64,000 nucleotides of DNA, from IMG/VR virus record IMGVR_UViG_3300037484_000445, positions 387,926 to 451,925 of that record; one strand, 5' to 3'. Shown here piece by piece: positions 46,933 through 55,782 of this stretch; the stretch's first letter is position 1, and each line of letters opens with the position of its first letter. The notes under the pieces were generated by a model that saw only the letters and a program-made list of their open reading frames with translations, was not told the DNA's origin and searched no databases. A program made the translations under genes and the position numbers. Source of the stretch: a virus. Lineage: Duplodnaviria; Heunggongvirae; Uroviricota; Caudoviricetes.

Positions 46933-47793
46933 GTGTTTTGTCTTGCCTGGTTAACTGACACCCATTTGAACTTCATCCGCTTACCTGAAGCCCCTAAGGT
47001 TTTTGGACAGTACTTAGCCGAAGAGATCGATTGTAATGCAGCGGTCATTTCTGGAGACATCTCCGAAAGTCCTACGTTGAAGCTTCATCTAGAAGGTTTC
47101 GCGGAAGGTTTGGGTAAACCGGTACACTTCGTAATGGGTAACCACGACTTCTATGGGAGCTCCATTCACAGCACTCTGAAGAAGGCTGCCAAGCTAGCCA
47201 ACTGGTTGACTCGAGAGGGTGTTGTCGAACTGACTTCGGAGACGGCCCTAATCGGCCATGAAGGTTGGTACGACGCTATTCTAGGAATGCCCTACTCCGA
47301 CTTCGGTATGTCAGATTGGGATTGCATCAAAGAGTTTCGACGACAAGCCCGACGTTATGATCGAGGTGGGATCATACATTTAGCCCAAGACCTGAGTCTC
47401 ACAGCTGTGCGGGAAATTCGACCAATCTTGGAAAGGGCCCTCGAACGCTACCCTCTCGTTATCATGGCCACACACATACCGCCGTTCGAACAGTCTTCAC
47501 GGTATGATCTTAGGTTCGCCCCTCCAAAAACACTCCCTTGGTACACATCGAAGATGATGGGGGATATGCTACTCGAGGTGATGTACAAGAGACCTCATCG
47601 AAAATTGCTTGTTCTGTGTGGTCACTCACACAGTTCAGCTAATTATCGTCCTTTGAAGAATCTCCAAGTGCTGACTGGAAGGGCTACGTACTACGCCCCC
47701 GACTTGGCCGGATTTCTTAGAATCAACGATAGCCATATTGAGATTCGGATGCGGACCGAAACCGGTTGGACCAACCTGAGGCCCTTCAGATGA
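46933..47793 (+). CDS. Calcineurin-like metallophosphoesterase
   Basis: DTH, SGD, GNHD, TH, GHSH. Confidence 0.93.
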   Translation: MFCLAWLTDTHLNFIRLPEAPKVFGQYLAEEIDCNAAVISGDISESPTLKLHLEGFAEGLGKPVHFVMGNHDFYGSSIHSTLKKAAKLANWLTREGVVELTSETALIGHEGWYDAILGMPYSDFGMSDWDCIKEFRRQARRYDRGGIIHLAQDLSLTAVREIRPILERALERYPLVIMATHIPPFEQSSRYDLRFAPPKTLPWYTSKMMGDMLLEVMYKRPHRKLLVLCGHSHSSANYRPLKNLQVLTGRATYYAPDLAGFLRINDSHIEIRMRTETGWTNLRPFR

Positions 47794-48083
47794 CGTTGCA
47801 GCAATCACGCTTTGATACCAGCTACAATCGGTGGAAGCACAAGACTCTAGGTTACAAGGTCAAAGTTGTGGACATTCGTCACAACAGTCGCCCTGACGGA
47901 AGCCTCTATTCTGTGGTGATTGTAGAGGGCACACACTTGAGCAAGAAGCAGAAAAGAACGTGGCCCGCTAGTACATTCAGAGATACTTTCACGCCAATTG
48001 GTGCTAAGAATAAGGATCGAACAGTTTTGGATTACATTCTTACTGGCGAGGATCTGGATGAGGATCCCAAAGCACCAACCTAG
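47790..48083 (+). CDS. Small SH3-like protein with C-terminal RTVLD.IL motif
   Basis: ATGA overlap. Confidence 0.65.
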   Translation: MTLQQSRFDTSYNRWKHKTLGYKVKVVDIRHNSRPDGSLYSVVIVEGTHLSKKQKRTWPASTFRDTFTPIGAKNKDRTVLDYILTGEDLDEDPKAPT

Positions 48084-48088
48084 GTAAA

Positions 48089-48343
48089 GTGCCTGAGGTA
48101 GTTTCAATGTTTCTTTCTTTGCTATTGGGTTGCAGCAGCATGCTGTTCACCAATGCCTCCATACGAGCTCACGACGCTATTCCAGCCTGCCGCTACCGTG
48201 AGCTTCAAGGACTTCGAAACAAGACCCAGACGTACACGGGGTTGTCCGTGGCCTTGGGTCTAGCTCCCTTGTGGTGGCCGCCGTTAGGGATCCCGGTTAC
48301 GTTGGTGTCGATTGGCTATATGGCCTATAAGCGTTTGGCTTAA
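48089..48343 (+). CDS. Small membrane protein
   Basis: Hydrophobic segments; its stop lies within the next promoter motif. Confidence 0.6.
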   Translation: MPEVVSMFLSLLLGCSSMLFTNASIRAHDAIPACRYRELQGLRNKTQTYTGLSVALGLAPLWWPPLGIPVTLVSIGYMAYKRLA

Positions 48344-48372
48344 GTTCTATTCCAACCGGCCGTAATGGAGAT

Positions 48373-49206
48373 ATGCTCCCTAAGTCTGAATTTGACCGAA
48401 TTCTGATGAGTCCACAAGTTCGATCTATGCTCGAAGAGCTTCTGATCGACGGGGAGCTGCAGAGGACTTTCCCCGAAGTTCATGCCATGGTTGGCTTTGG
48501 TGGCGGGGAACAAGGTCACAAGGACCTTTGGGGGCACACCAAGCAGGTCGTTTACCAGTGCCCGTATGACCTCACCATTCGATGGGCGGCCTTATTCCAC
48601 GACGTGGGCAAGATTCGATGCTTCGTACGAAACAACGACGGAGTGTCTTTCCACGGACATGAGATTGCAGGTGCTAGGCTATTTAGTAATGCCGCTTCAC
48701 GCACCCGACTCTTCAAGGCTCAAGAAATAGGGGATATCTACCTTCTCATTGGAACCTTAGGCTACGTTGAGTCCTATGAATCCGAGTGGACGGATAGTGC
48801 CGTACGACGACTGAGAAACTCAGTTGCAGACTGCTTCGACAGTCTTTTGAGTCTGTCCCGAGCGGACATTACCACGCGGCATGATCACAAGCGAGTTGCT
48901 CACCACGCGAGAATTCAAGAGTTGAAGGACCGAGCCGACGCTATTCTAAAGGCAGATTCGGCTACTCCGATGCTTCCCAGGGATTTGGGTACCGCCCTTC
49001 AAAAGGACCTGGGTATAGCACCCTCACCTCTTCTTGGGAAAATCGTAGCTGCGATCAAATCCGCTGTAGCAGCGGGGGACTTGCCTTGGCCCCCCACGAT
49101 CGAACAAGCTGTCGAACACGCAAAAACCGTATGTATACCCCAAATATCCGCACCACCCACAACCCCCGAAACATTGCCGCCTACGGAGGATCTTACGACC
49201 CGGTGA
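48373..49206 (+). CDS. HD-domain protein like the C-terminal half of CCA tRNA nucleotidyltransferase (no NTase head)
   Basis: FPE...HKDLWGHT, AALFHDVGK, SFHGHE..GA, WTDSAVRR, RADITT. Confidence 0.88.
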   Translation: MLPKSEFDRILMSPQVRSMLEELLIDGELQRTFPEVHAMVGFGGGEQGHKDLWGHTKQVVYQCPYDLTIRWAALFHDVGKIRCFVRNNDGVSFHGHEIAGARLFSNAASRTRLFKAQEIGDIYLLIGTLGYVESYESEWTDSAVRRLRNSVADCFDSLLSLSRADITTRHDHKRVAHHARIQELKDRADAILKADSATPMLPRDLGTALQKDLGIAPSPLLGKIVAAIKSAVAAGDLPWPPTIEQAVEHAKTVCIPQISAPPTTPETLPPTEDLTTR

Positions 49207-49733
49207 CCTTAGGCCACCTGATGGTGGTAACGCACCTTCTGCTTAATGAATTGAACGTGGACTACATTCACGTGATTCCTTGTTTCCAGCAGACGGGTAA
49301 GAATCTTCAGCCTTTCGGGGTGAGAATGACTATGTGCCGGGCGGCTTTTGCCCATCTTCCTAGGACATACGTAGACCCTATCGAAGAAGAGCTAGGCGGC
49401 GAAAGCTTGACTATCAATCTGGTTCGAGCCTTGAAGCACCGTTACCCTCACGACAACTTACGATTCGTTATGGGGGCAGACTTGCTGGAGTCTGCTCCCA
49501 CATGGCAAGGCTGGGAGGAGATCAATCGATTGGCACCACCCCTCATCATTGGGCGTGCTGGTATCACCCCCGTCAGTGGTGAGAGCCCAAGCCCTATTTC
49601 GCCGCTCGTCAGTGCCTCTATCGTGCGTAAGGCCCTCGAGGCCCGAAACTACGAACTCGCCGAACGTTATATACCCTCGCCAGCCCTGCAAATCATTCAG
49701 GATCATCACTTGTACACGACTCAAGTCCCTTAG
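49131..49733 (+). CDS. nadD: Nicotinate-nucleotide adenylyltransferase
   Basis: YGGSYDP.TLGH, R..M, E.ELGGESLT, FVMGAD...W..W, VSAS.VR. Confidence 0.9.
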   Translation: MYTPNIRTTHNPRNIAAYGGSYDPVTLGHLMVVTHLLLNELNVDYIHVIPCFQQTGKNLQPFGVRMTMCRAAFAHLPRTYVDPIEEELGGESLTINLVRALKHRYPHDNLRFVMGADLLESAPTWQGWEEINRLAPPLIIGRAGITPVSGESPSPISPLVSASIVRKALEARNYELAERYIPSPALQIIQDHHLYTTQVP

Positions 49734-51115
49734 TCGAAGGGAGAGTCGTCATCAAGGACACGATCAAGCACAGTCTTACGCTCAAGAACTTTGGCACCCC
49801 AAAAATCCTTAATGTCTATCTGTTTGGAGCCGCCCTCATTCTTCAACTTGATCTCGCGTATACCAATGTCTTGAAGCTCACCCCAATTCTCTTGGTCTGG
49901 GCCATACGTGTACTCGAGGCCAACCTTCCACGTACTACGCTCTTGGTTGGCGTCGTGTTCTAGCTGAAATTCATCAAGAGTAGCCACATAGTGGTTATCC
50001 TTGATGGTGAACTTTACCGCCGTAATGTCTTGGCGTTCCTCAACACTTAGAACGGAGCTGTAACACCCCTCATCACGGTTGTACCAGTGTTCCCCTTGCT
50101 TCGGCACAGATCTCAAGGGATTTGGGTTGTTTCTGGCCCCTGTAGGGACGCTACTCGAATTGGAAAGGTCGTACGTCAGAATGCGCTTAAACTTCTCACG
50201 TAGTCCCACCTCGTTGAACTTTGTAACCAAACTTGGGTCTGTTGGGTTGGTACATAGTATGTCTCCGTCAAACTTGGGGATCCTAGCGACACGTATGATG
50301 TGTGTTGGATCCGCACGGCTCTGCCATAAGGTGCCCAGGCGTAGCTTCTGATGCAGAATATCGCGTTCTTCAGGGCTAAGACTGGGCGTGCCTAGAAGCA
50401 TCAAGACACCCTGACCATACTTCGCATCGAACGATGTTCGTGTCTCTATCGAAGTACCTTGTGTGACTTGGGTGAGAATGTTGTTGATGAGGGGTACGTC
50501 TGTAGCCGGCCTTAGTATGTCAGATCCCAAAAAGGTAGTGATGTCTGTGCATTCCTTTGCAATCAACAGATGCAAGGCCTGGGTGAGCCCCTGTCCTAAT
50601 GCTTCATGATCCAGATCTCTATTTGATGGGTTTATGAGGGTTTGGATCAACAGTGGCACGAAAACACTTTGGCACGAGCAGGAAGAGACTATACAGCCTT
50701 CGACGAGTCCCCAAATCTTGTCCCGTACCGAAGCAGGGGTCTTACACACTGGGCATTGGCCAAACAAGTCCTTTACGAGTTTGGGATCTTCAGACAGGTT
50801 ATCACCTGGAAAGTACACAGGTTGATGCTTCGGCGCGTGCTCTTCACAGTAGTTTGCCTTGTCCAAACCAATGACTAAGGCTTGGTTGGTACAGGGTTCT
50901 TGACTTACGTGCGAACAAGTCTTGTTGAGTGCGGGAGCCGAAAACTTCCACATCAACTTGAGGGACTGTTCTGTGATGTGCGTGACCTGTCGGCTACGAC
51001 TCAGAATACGATACCCTGAAGTTCCATGGCGAGCTGATAGAACCGCTGTCACAGTAGTGTTAGTGCCGTTGTTTGTCGTCCAAACTTCACCGATTTGAGG
51101 ATTGTCCTGTGGCAT
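49730..51115 (-). CDS. Multi-module protein with four SH3-like G..W repeats and zinc fingers
   Basis: PQIGEVW, RLGTLW, PKQGEHW, KVGLEY; C-terminal KTVLDRVLDDD. Confidence 0.7.
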   Translation of the reverse strand: MPQDNPQIGEVWTTNNGTNTTVTAVLSARHGTSGYRILSRSRQVTHITEQSLKLMWKFSAPALNKTCSHVSQEPCTNQALVIGLDKANYCEEHAPKHQPVYFPGDNLSEDPKLVKDLFGQCPVCKTPASVRDKIWGLVEGCIVSSCSCQSVFVPLLIQTLINPSNRDLDHEALGQGLTQALHLLIAKECTDITTFLGSDILRPATDVPLINNILTQVTQGTSIETRTSFDAKYGQGVLMLLGTPSLSPEERDILHQKLRLGTLWQSRADPTHIIRVARIPKFDGDILCTNPTDPSLVTKFNEVGLREKFKRILTYDLSNSSSVPTGARNNPNPLRSVPKQGEHWYNRDEGCYSSVLSVEERQDITAVKFTIKDNHYVATLDEFQLEHDANQERSTWKVGLEYTYGPDQENWGELQDIGIREIKLKNEGGSKQIDIKDFWGAKVLERKTVLDRVLDDDSPFD

Positions 51116-51133
51116 GTGGTGTAAAGGTCCAGA

Positions 51134-51523
51134 GTGAAAGTTCTTGTTTTCGGTTCTCGTAACTGGCTCAATCAGAAGGCCATAGAGAAGGTCCTTCGAG
51201 GATTGCCCCCTGGCACGGTTGTGGTCGAAGGGGATGCCAGAGGTGCCGATCGTATCGCGGGCTTCGTAGCACGTCTTCTAGGGCTTACTGTGCGGGTCTA
51301 TCCGGCCCTTGCCAACAACCGTACTTGGCCCTCGGCGGGCCCTTTACGGAATCAGGAGATACTGGATTGTGAGCATCCTTCTGAGGACGGTACCTTCATT
51401 GACAGGGCGTTCTGTTTTCATGAGGACCCCAACTTAGGTAAGGGATCTCGTGATATGGTGGCTCGTCTACGCAAGGCTCAGCCTCCAATAGTCGTTGAAG
51501 TCAGCATTGACCGACTACCCTGA
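51134..51523 (+). CDS. SLOG-family protein (DUF2493/YspA-like)
   Basis: LVFGSRNW, EGDARGAD, AGPLRNQ, KGSRDM. Confidence 0.88.
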   Translation: MKVLVFGSRNWLNQKAIEKVLRGLPPGTVVVEGDARGADRIAGFVARLLGLTVRVYPALANNRTWPSAGPLRNQEILDCEHPSEDGTFIDRAFCFHEDPNLGKGSRDMVARLRKAQPPIVVEVSIDRLP

Positions 51524-51734
51524 ACCGTTGAGAAAGGCTACGACCTTCCGTATCCAATCGGCTCCAAGCAAATCCTTGTAGACGACCTTAGAGTTTGAAC
51601 GCATAACACGAGCTCCGTGTTCATCACAGTAACGGCCCATTGTAACCAAATTCACGAGTGGCTGGCCCTTTACAGACACAACATCTACAAGCTTGTGAGT
51701 CCAACTTTTCACGTAACAGATCTTCAGCAGTCAC
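51515..51734 (-). CDS. Small zinc-finger protein, frameshifted at 51636-51638
   Basis: Class B motif 51746-51751; removing one G joins CCVCKGPAT to YCDEH. Confidence 0.65.
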
Positions 51735-51751
51735 ACCTAGGAACATACACC

Positions 51752-52705
51752 ATGGACAATGATTCTTCTTGCGGGCCTGAGATTCAAGCACGTGAAGTTG
51801 TAGCTAAGATGAAAGAGGCAGACGCCCGAGAAGACTTTTCGGGGAAGTGCGACCTTCTCACAGACTTACCCCGTGATGTCTTGCTTGAGGTTGTTAAACT
51901 CGAACAAGCGAACGATCGCAAAGAGTATGGTGCCTACTTCACACCTGAGAATTCTCTCAACGATACGAAAGTCCACACATCACCCTCAGATAAGTATCGC
52001 CTCGAGACAACGCACTTCAAGTCAACTTCAGGGGGCTGGCACCTATGCCAAGGGCGGGTGTTTGAAAAGGACTCGAGTACTCCTCTATTCGAAGTCAACC
52101 GGAACTACGGTGCTTTCCCCTTCTCTTGGGTAGAACAACACCCTAATGGTCATGACTACTTGGTCTGCGGTGAGGACTACCAAGGGGCCACGGTGCTTGA
52201 GTTGGATAGTGCCCAGCGAGTCGACTACTTGCCGGTCCTAGCGATTCTAGGCTGGGGATTTTGCTGGGGTAGTCACTACCCTTCCCCTGGAAAGACATTG
52301 CTGGCTATTGAAGGTTGCGTCTGGGCGGGCCCTTACGAGATCGTCATACACGACTTCTCGGACCCTATGCATCCTCCGTGGCCCGAAGTCCACGTGAACC
52401 AGGAAGCTCAAGCTTTTGATGTGTGGTTGACCGAGGAGTCCTATCGGACCAAGGACGAACAACCTCCGCAAGGCGCTCACGTCATCCAGATTCAACCATT
52501 CCTCGAACACGTAAAGCAGTACATCTTGGGTGAAGTTGAACACTTAGCCCGAACAAACAACATCAGTCCGGACGACAGTTTCATGATCGAGGTTCTACTT
52601 GAAAAGCTCGGTAAGTTGTCCCCGGACGACCTCATGAATATCCATCTCGATCCTACCATCAGGGGTTACTTCGACACCTTGAGGGAGCGGGGATTTCGGG
52701 TTTAG
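51752..52705 (+). CDS. Hypothetical beta-rich protein
   Basis: AGGA RBS; YLVCGEDYQG, GFCW, EGCVWAGPY. Confidence 0.75.
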   Translation: MDNDSSCGPEIQAREVVAKMKEADAREDFSGKCDLLTDLPRDVLLEVVKLEQANDRKEYGAYFTPENSLNDTKVHTSPSDKYRLETTHFKSTSGGWHLCQGRVFEKDSSTPLFEVNRNYGAFPFSWVEQHPNGHDYLVCGEDYQGATVLELDSAQRVDYLPVLAILGWGFCWGSHYPSPGKTLLAIEGCVWAGPYEIVIHDFSDPMHPPWPEVHVNQEAQAFDVWLTEESYRTKDEQPPQGAHVIQIQPFLEHVKQYILGEVEHLARTNNISPDDSFMIEVLLEKLGKLSPDDLMNIHLDPTIRGYFDTLRERGFRV

Positions 52706-52793
52706 CTTTTCGTGTTCTCGAATAATCCGGCACATAATCCGAATTTCTTCACCTGCATAGTCTGGCTGGACGTAAGTATATCGAGAAGGGTTA

Positions 52794-53744
52794 CTAAGGT
52801 TTGGCATCTTCGGGAACTTCAGGTGCTAGTTCAAAGAGAAGATCTTCGACACGTATCAGGTGTTGAGCTTGTTCCAGTTGACCTAGATACCCTTCCAAGG
52901 CAGCACGACCATAAAGGGACCCTGCCAGAGCGCCGGTTATGGCCGCGGTCGTGTCCGTGTCTCCGCCGGCATGGATGGCGAGGGCCACGGCATCCTGGTA
53001 GCTGGTAGTGCCCAGAAAACACAAGAAAGCCGCGGGAATTGTTTGAACTACATGGGCCCCAGTACCCCATTGAATCAGGGTATTGAGAATGTCCGCAGGA
53101 CTCGGATTGGATTGCAGAACCCTTTTCACCCGTATGAGCCCCTCCTGCACCTTTGAGTCGTTCAGAAAGGCGATAACAGGGGCTAGAACCTCAGATTTAG
53201 CATACCCGTCGCAGAGCAAAGAGACCCCTATGGCAACGGCGGCGGAACCTTCACTGGCCTCAATGGAATTGTGGGTTAGGCCGGCATCGATCCGAGCCAT
53301 GTGTGCCGCTGTCAAAACGTTACGGTGGTAGAAAGCCCCAATGGGAGCCACTCGCATGGCCGTACCGTTGCCCTCTGCATGCAAGATACCGGACTGATCC
53401 CAGTGATAGCCTTGAGAGATCCTTTGGAGAGCTTGCTTTATAGTCTTTCCCATACCTCGGTGGTCACCAGAATCGTACCACTCCATGTATCTGGCCAAAG
53501 CCGACACAGGATTGTATGTCTCCGCTTCTACAAGGCTCGTGGCGAGGGCTAGAGCCGCCTTAGTGTCATCCGTCCATTCTCCAGGCTTGCGTTCTGGTTG
53601 AATCTCGTTGATCTCCCACGTATGAAAAGAGCCGTCCCACCTAGCCAGTTCTTGCGAAGAGAAATGCTTGGTCTCGAAGGGACCGCCCAAGCTATCACCA
53701 ATGGCCAAACCAAGAAGAGGTGCGGGTTGTCGGGATTCTGTCAC
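52794..53744 (-). CDS. ADP-ribosylglycohydrolase (DraG/ARH family)
   Basis: GLAIGDSLG.P.E, WTDDT, GNGTAMR.AP, GGDTDT.AAITGALAG. Confidence 0.96.
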   Translation of the reverse strand: MTESRQPAPLLGLAIGDSLGGPFETKHFSSQELARWDGSFHTWEINEIQPERKPGEWTDDTKAALALATSLVEAETYNPVSALARYMEWYDSGDHRGMGKTIKQALQRISQGYHWDQSGILHAEGNGTAMRVAPIGAFYHRNVLTAAHMARIDAGLTHNSIEASEGSAAVAIGVSLLCDGYAKSEVLAPVIAFLNDSKVQEGLIRVKRVLQSNPSPADILNTLIQWGTGAHVVQTIPAAFLCFLGTTSYQDAVALAIHAGGDTDTTAAITGALAGSLYGRAALEGYLGQLEQAQHLIRVEDLLFELAPEVPEDAKP

Positions 53745-54097
53745 GTACGAGCTTCCTTGCGTTTGGGGGCCTTGACAAACTTACGCTTTTTCGATCCGTA
53801 GAGTCCGTGGAACTGTAGGTCCTGAGGACTCATAGTCCTTATGGCCCGTCGAGCCTTCAAATAGGCTTCACGGATCGTGAGACCGTAGGTAAAAAGCTTA
53901 GGTTGGTTGGAGTATCCTAAAGCAATACACCAGATCATGATGCAGCTTTGCCCGACATCTGCGGACTTTTTGAGTTCTATCCCGTAGCTCTTCCACAAGG
54001 TTCGATCAAGGATCACCCTCGTAATTGAGGGATCTGCCGTATTGGGGTTAGTTAGTAGGCTAGTGAGACTCTTGTCAATATCCCAACGCATGGTCAC
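53741..54097 (-). CDS. Hypothetical protein co-transcribed with the ADP-ribosylglycohydrolase
   Basis: Class A motif 54130-54155; GTGA overlap. Confidence 0.7.
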   Translation of the reverse strand: MTMRWDIDKSLTSLLTNPNTADPSITRVILDRTLWKSYGIELKKSADVGQSCIMIWCIALGYSNQPKLFTYGLTIREAYLKARRAIRTMSPQDLQFHGLYGSKKRKFVKAPKRKEART

Positions 54098-54201
54098 CGT
54101 CCGAAGTTCTTGAAGTCACAACGAATAGATACGGTCGGCCTGGTTGTCGATTAAGCCCAAAAAGGCATTAAGTCCTTCAGCGAGTGGCCGTATAGACCCC
54201 C

Positions 54202-55782
54202 ATGCTTCAGACCACATCGGACGCCCTGAACAATTTCGACGAACCTCTGCCTGAGTATATACCTATCACCCGGACGGATGGCTACAAGCTATCGATGGCA
54301 GAAGCTGGGGCACCTCTCCGCATTGAAAGCTTCTACTACGCCCACCGTCGCGGCGGTATCAATGGCTGGCACTACATGCCAGTGGACGTCGACCAGTTCG
54401 TTCGGTCCCTGTTGCCAACACCCAAACCCGAGGACTACGATTATCTCACGCATCACAACTACGAAGTCGGGGCGGCCTATCGTCGGGCCATGACCATGCG
54501 GGACAGTCTTGTGGTGAGAGGGGTGCCGAAGGGCTGTTGGTTCTACAACCGTGAGCCTGCTTACTCGGTCAAATCCACTTCCGTGATCTCTAGTTGGATC
54601 GAACCCACGGGGTTGATGCTCCAGTTTCGCATTCAAGCGGCCACGGCCATGCTCACCAACACCAACAAGGAGCGTCTTAAGTATGCGACATGCCTGAAAG
54701 AAAAGGAGATTCTTCTCGAGTTGTACGAAAGCCTTGGGGTCCGAGCGCCTGAGATCATCGTACGTTCGGAAGATTACTTCAAAGCCGTCCTCAAGCGAGG
54801 ACAGGATATTGTGATGCTCTTGGGAGATCCCAGCCGGGCCTTTGAAGTCGGCATGCGGGCGGTGTCCTGCATTGAGCAGCATGAGATTGCTCTTGCTGCC
54901 TTGAAAGAGGCTGGCATCGTTCGAACCTCTAACGTAGAAGCTGCCCAAAAGCTGGACATGGTCCCTGTGGGGACCATGGGCCACGAGCATCTTCAGCGAA
55001 TGGGTAGCGATTACGAAGGCTTCACGTCCATGCGTGATCGATTCCCCGGGTTTCTCTCCTACCTCCTCGATACCTTTGATACGTTGCGGTCAGGGATCCC
55101 AACGGGTCTCCGCGTGATAGCCGAGCAACCCTACCGTCAAGCAGGCCTTCGATTCGACTCAGAAAAGTCTGTTCTAGGCCAGTACGTGTTCGCCGTCGCT
55201 CGATCGCGGGACATGGGCTTGGAGCCCTACCTCACCCTCGAGAGTGGTTGGGACTACCAAAAGACTGTTGAATACGAGAAGTATCGGGAGATGCTTGGTT
55301 GGCCCAGCAAGCTTCAGGGGTATGGCTACGGTGGGTACTTCGTCAAACCTGAGTGGCCCACCTTCGAGCGTGATGGTGTGGCCGCCGTGTACAAGCTGAG
55401 CCAGACCGGTAGCAAGGCTTGCATGAAGTTCGGAGATGACCCCGGCAGCCCCAAGCAGTCAATCCCGGGCGAGCCTGTCATTTGGCGATACAAGCCCTTG
55501 AGTTGCTACCAAGGGAATCTAATCAGCGTGATTGCCCAGGACGGAGAGGTCATCCCCAACCAAGAGGCTTTTTACCGGGTTGACCTCGAGGGAGCTGACT
55601 ACCTACCTCCTATGAAAGCCGGTAAGCCCGATCAAATACCGTCTCACATGACTCTGTTGAAGAGACGTCTCGGAATCACTGACGAAGGCGAAGTTCAAAT
55701 GTCTCCTGAGACAGCCCGTTTGATTGCCGAATGCACAGCACGTCGCGAAGCAGCCATCGACAAGGCTTCAGGGGCATTATGA
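54202..55782 (+). CDS. pncB: Nicotinate phosphoribosyltransferase
   Basis: TDGYKLSM, FEVGMR, TSNV, GTMGHE, LLDTFD, RFDS, VYKL. Confidence 0.85.
   Translation: MLQTTSDALNNFDEPLPEYIPITRTDGYKLSMAEAGAPLRIESFYYAHRRGGINGWHYMPVDVDQFVRSLLPTPKPEDYDYLTHHNYEVGAAYRRAMTMRDSLVVRGVPKGCWFYNREPAYSVKSTSVISSWIEPTGLMLQFRIQAATAMLTNTNKERLKYATCLKEKEILLELYESLGVRAPEIIVRSEDYFKAVLKRGQDIVMLLGDPSRAFEVGMRAVSCIEQHEIALAALKEAGIVRTSNVEAAQKLDMVPVGTMGHEHLQRMGSDYEGFTSMRDRFPGFLSYLLDTFDTLRSGIPTGLRVIAEQPYRQAGLRFDSEKSVLGQYVFAVARSRDMGLEPYLTLESGWDYQKTVEYEKYREMLGWPSKLQGYGYGGYFVKPEWPTFERDGVAAVYKLSQTGSKACMKFGDDPGSPKQSIPGEPVIWRYKPLSCYQGNLISVIAQDGEVIPNQEAFYRVDLEGADYLPPMKAGKPDQIPSHMTLLKRRLGITDEGEVQMSPETARLIAECTARREAAIDKASGAL

Noticed and set aside
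54289-54990. 233-aa antisense ORF, and the many other antisense ORFs in the track
   Set aside because: They lie opposite well-supported genes and lack motifs, RBS or promoter signals.
54202-55782. Nicotinamide phosphoribosyltransferase (NARP2-type)
   Set aside because: GTMGHE matches the PncB GTxAH pattern rather than Nampt A(S/A)EHS, and coupling to NadE implies a deamidated intermediate.
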